A DNA stretch of 43,724 bases from assembly GCA_964619045.1 (NCBI GenBank), contig CAZUCH010000001.1, forward strand, positions 1 to 43,724. The letters run 5' to 3'. Source of the DNA: an uncultured Planctomycetales bacterium (GTDB lineage: Bacteria; Planctomycetota; Phycisphaerae; UBA1845; Fen-1342). Below the pieces are notes generated by a model. That model was not told where the DNA came from and made no database searches. It worked only from the letters and a program-made list of their open reading frames with translations. Positions 43,446-43,724 of the stretch are shown piece by piece (the stretch's first letter is position 1; the number at the start of each line of letters is the position of its first letter). A program made the translations under genes and the position numbers.

Positions 43446-43724
43446 GGTCTCATTCTCCGTTTGCGTATCCGCGGTTCCTTGTCCTTAACGCTTTGCATCT
43501 TCGCACTGCGCAACGACCGGCCAGCGTCTGGCCGACACGATGCCGGAGAGGATGAAGTGACCCGTGTCACGACCGGGCAGTCCCGGGCGGCGGCCTCAAG
43601 TGCCTTGGAGTGATGTCGAGCGATCATCTGCGGCACCTCGTGCGATTTGAACTTCTGATGTTGGCTATATACCACGTCTAACAATGTGTCAAGGACGCGT
43701 CTGGCGGGTTCGACCGCGGCTGGC

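Noticed and set aside
43442-43684. 80-aa minus-strand ORF whose TGA overlaps the CCP start codon (ATGA).
   Set aside because: The composition is odd: a basic tail (KDKEPRIRKRRMRP) that simply translates the CCP ribosome-binding region. Third-position GC looks moderate by eye and I recognise no motif. The overlap could be chance, and the ORF lies near the window edge.
1-43724. CRISPR arrays, rRNA genes, IS elements, toxin-antitoxin pairs and recognisable defence-system genes.
   Set aside because: I saw no regularly spaced direct repeats, no transposase, integrase or Cas-like ORFs, and no rRNA-like sequence. The SMC and UvrA-like ATPases look like a housekeeping gene and a housekeeping-derived gene respectively, not defence-system paralogues with partner genes.

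Overview
GC-rich bacterial chromosomal segment. It is mostly housekeeping genes plus a large late-flagellar gene block. I guess the source is Planctomycetota-like, from the PEP-CTERM protein and a 'GWKPVPQ/GKMPVPQ'-type palindromic repeat, but this is unverified. Gene order, left to right: smc (partial, minus strand, not in the ORF track because it runs off the left edge); a PEP-CTERM secreted protein; ribF; a membrane-anchored hypothetical; a PurS-PurS-PurL fusion; accA; a conserved hypothetical; an N-terminal-half-only uvrA; a small zinc-ribbon ORF; a TPR protein. The flagellar block (about 15.9-29.9 kb) follows: small ORF, flgF, flgG, flgA, flgH, flgI, a rod-binding flgJ-like gene, flgN, flgK, flgL, fliW, csrA and two tandem flagellin genes. 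After that come cls, rsgA and tRNA-Lys(CTT). A minus-strand cluster follows: a coiled-coil protein with an acidic tail, a TlpA-like thioredoxin-fold protein, a CPBP protease and an orphan response regulator. A gap of about 650 bp with no convincing ORF separates that cluster from a divergent two-gene operon of secreted proteins with LPP20/FlgP/FlgT-like repeats. A lipoprotein-type Bcp peroxiredoxin and a di-haem cytochrome c peroxidase close the window. I found no transposase, integrase, CRISPR array or rRNA. I do not see a clear-cut new multi-gene system. The best candidates for something undescribed are: (1) the orphan response regulator with an unrecognised output domain, divergent from the LPP20-repeat/FlgT-like operon; (2) the cleanly truncated half-UvrA with an adjacent zinc-ribbon peptide; (3) a 56-nt nested palindromic element translated in frame inside purL. 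Most long ORFs in the track that lie opposite these genes are antisense shadows, as expected in GC-rich DNA. Coordinates of hairpins and promoter boxes were indexed by hand, so allow 1-2 nt of error.
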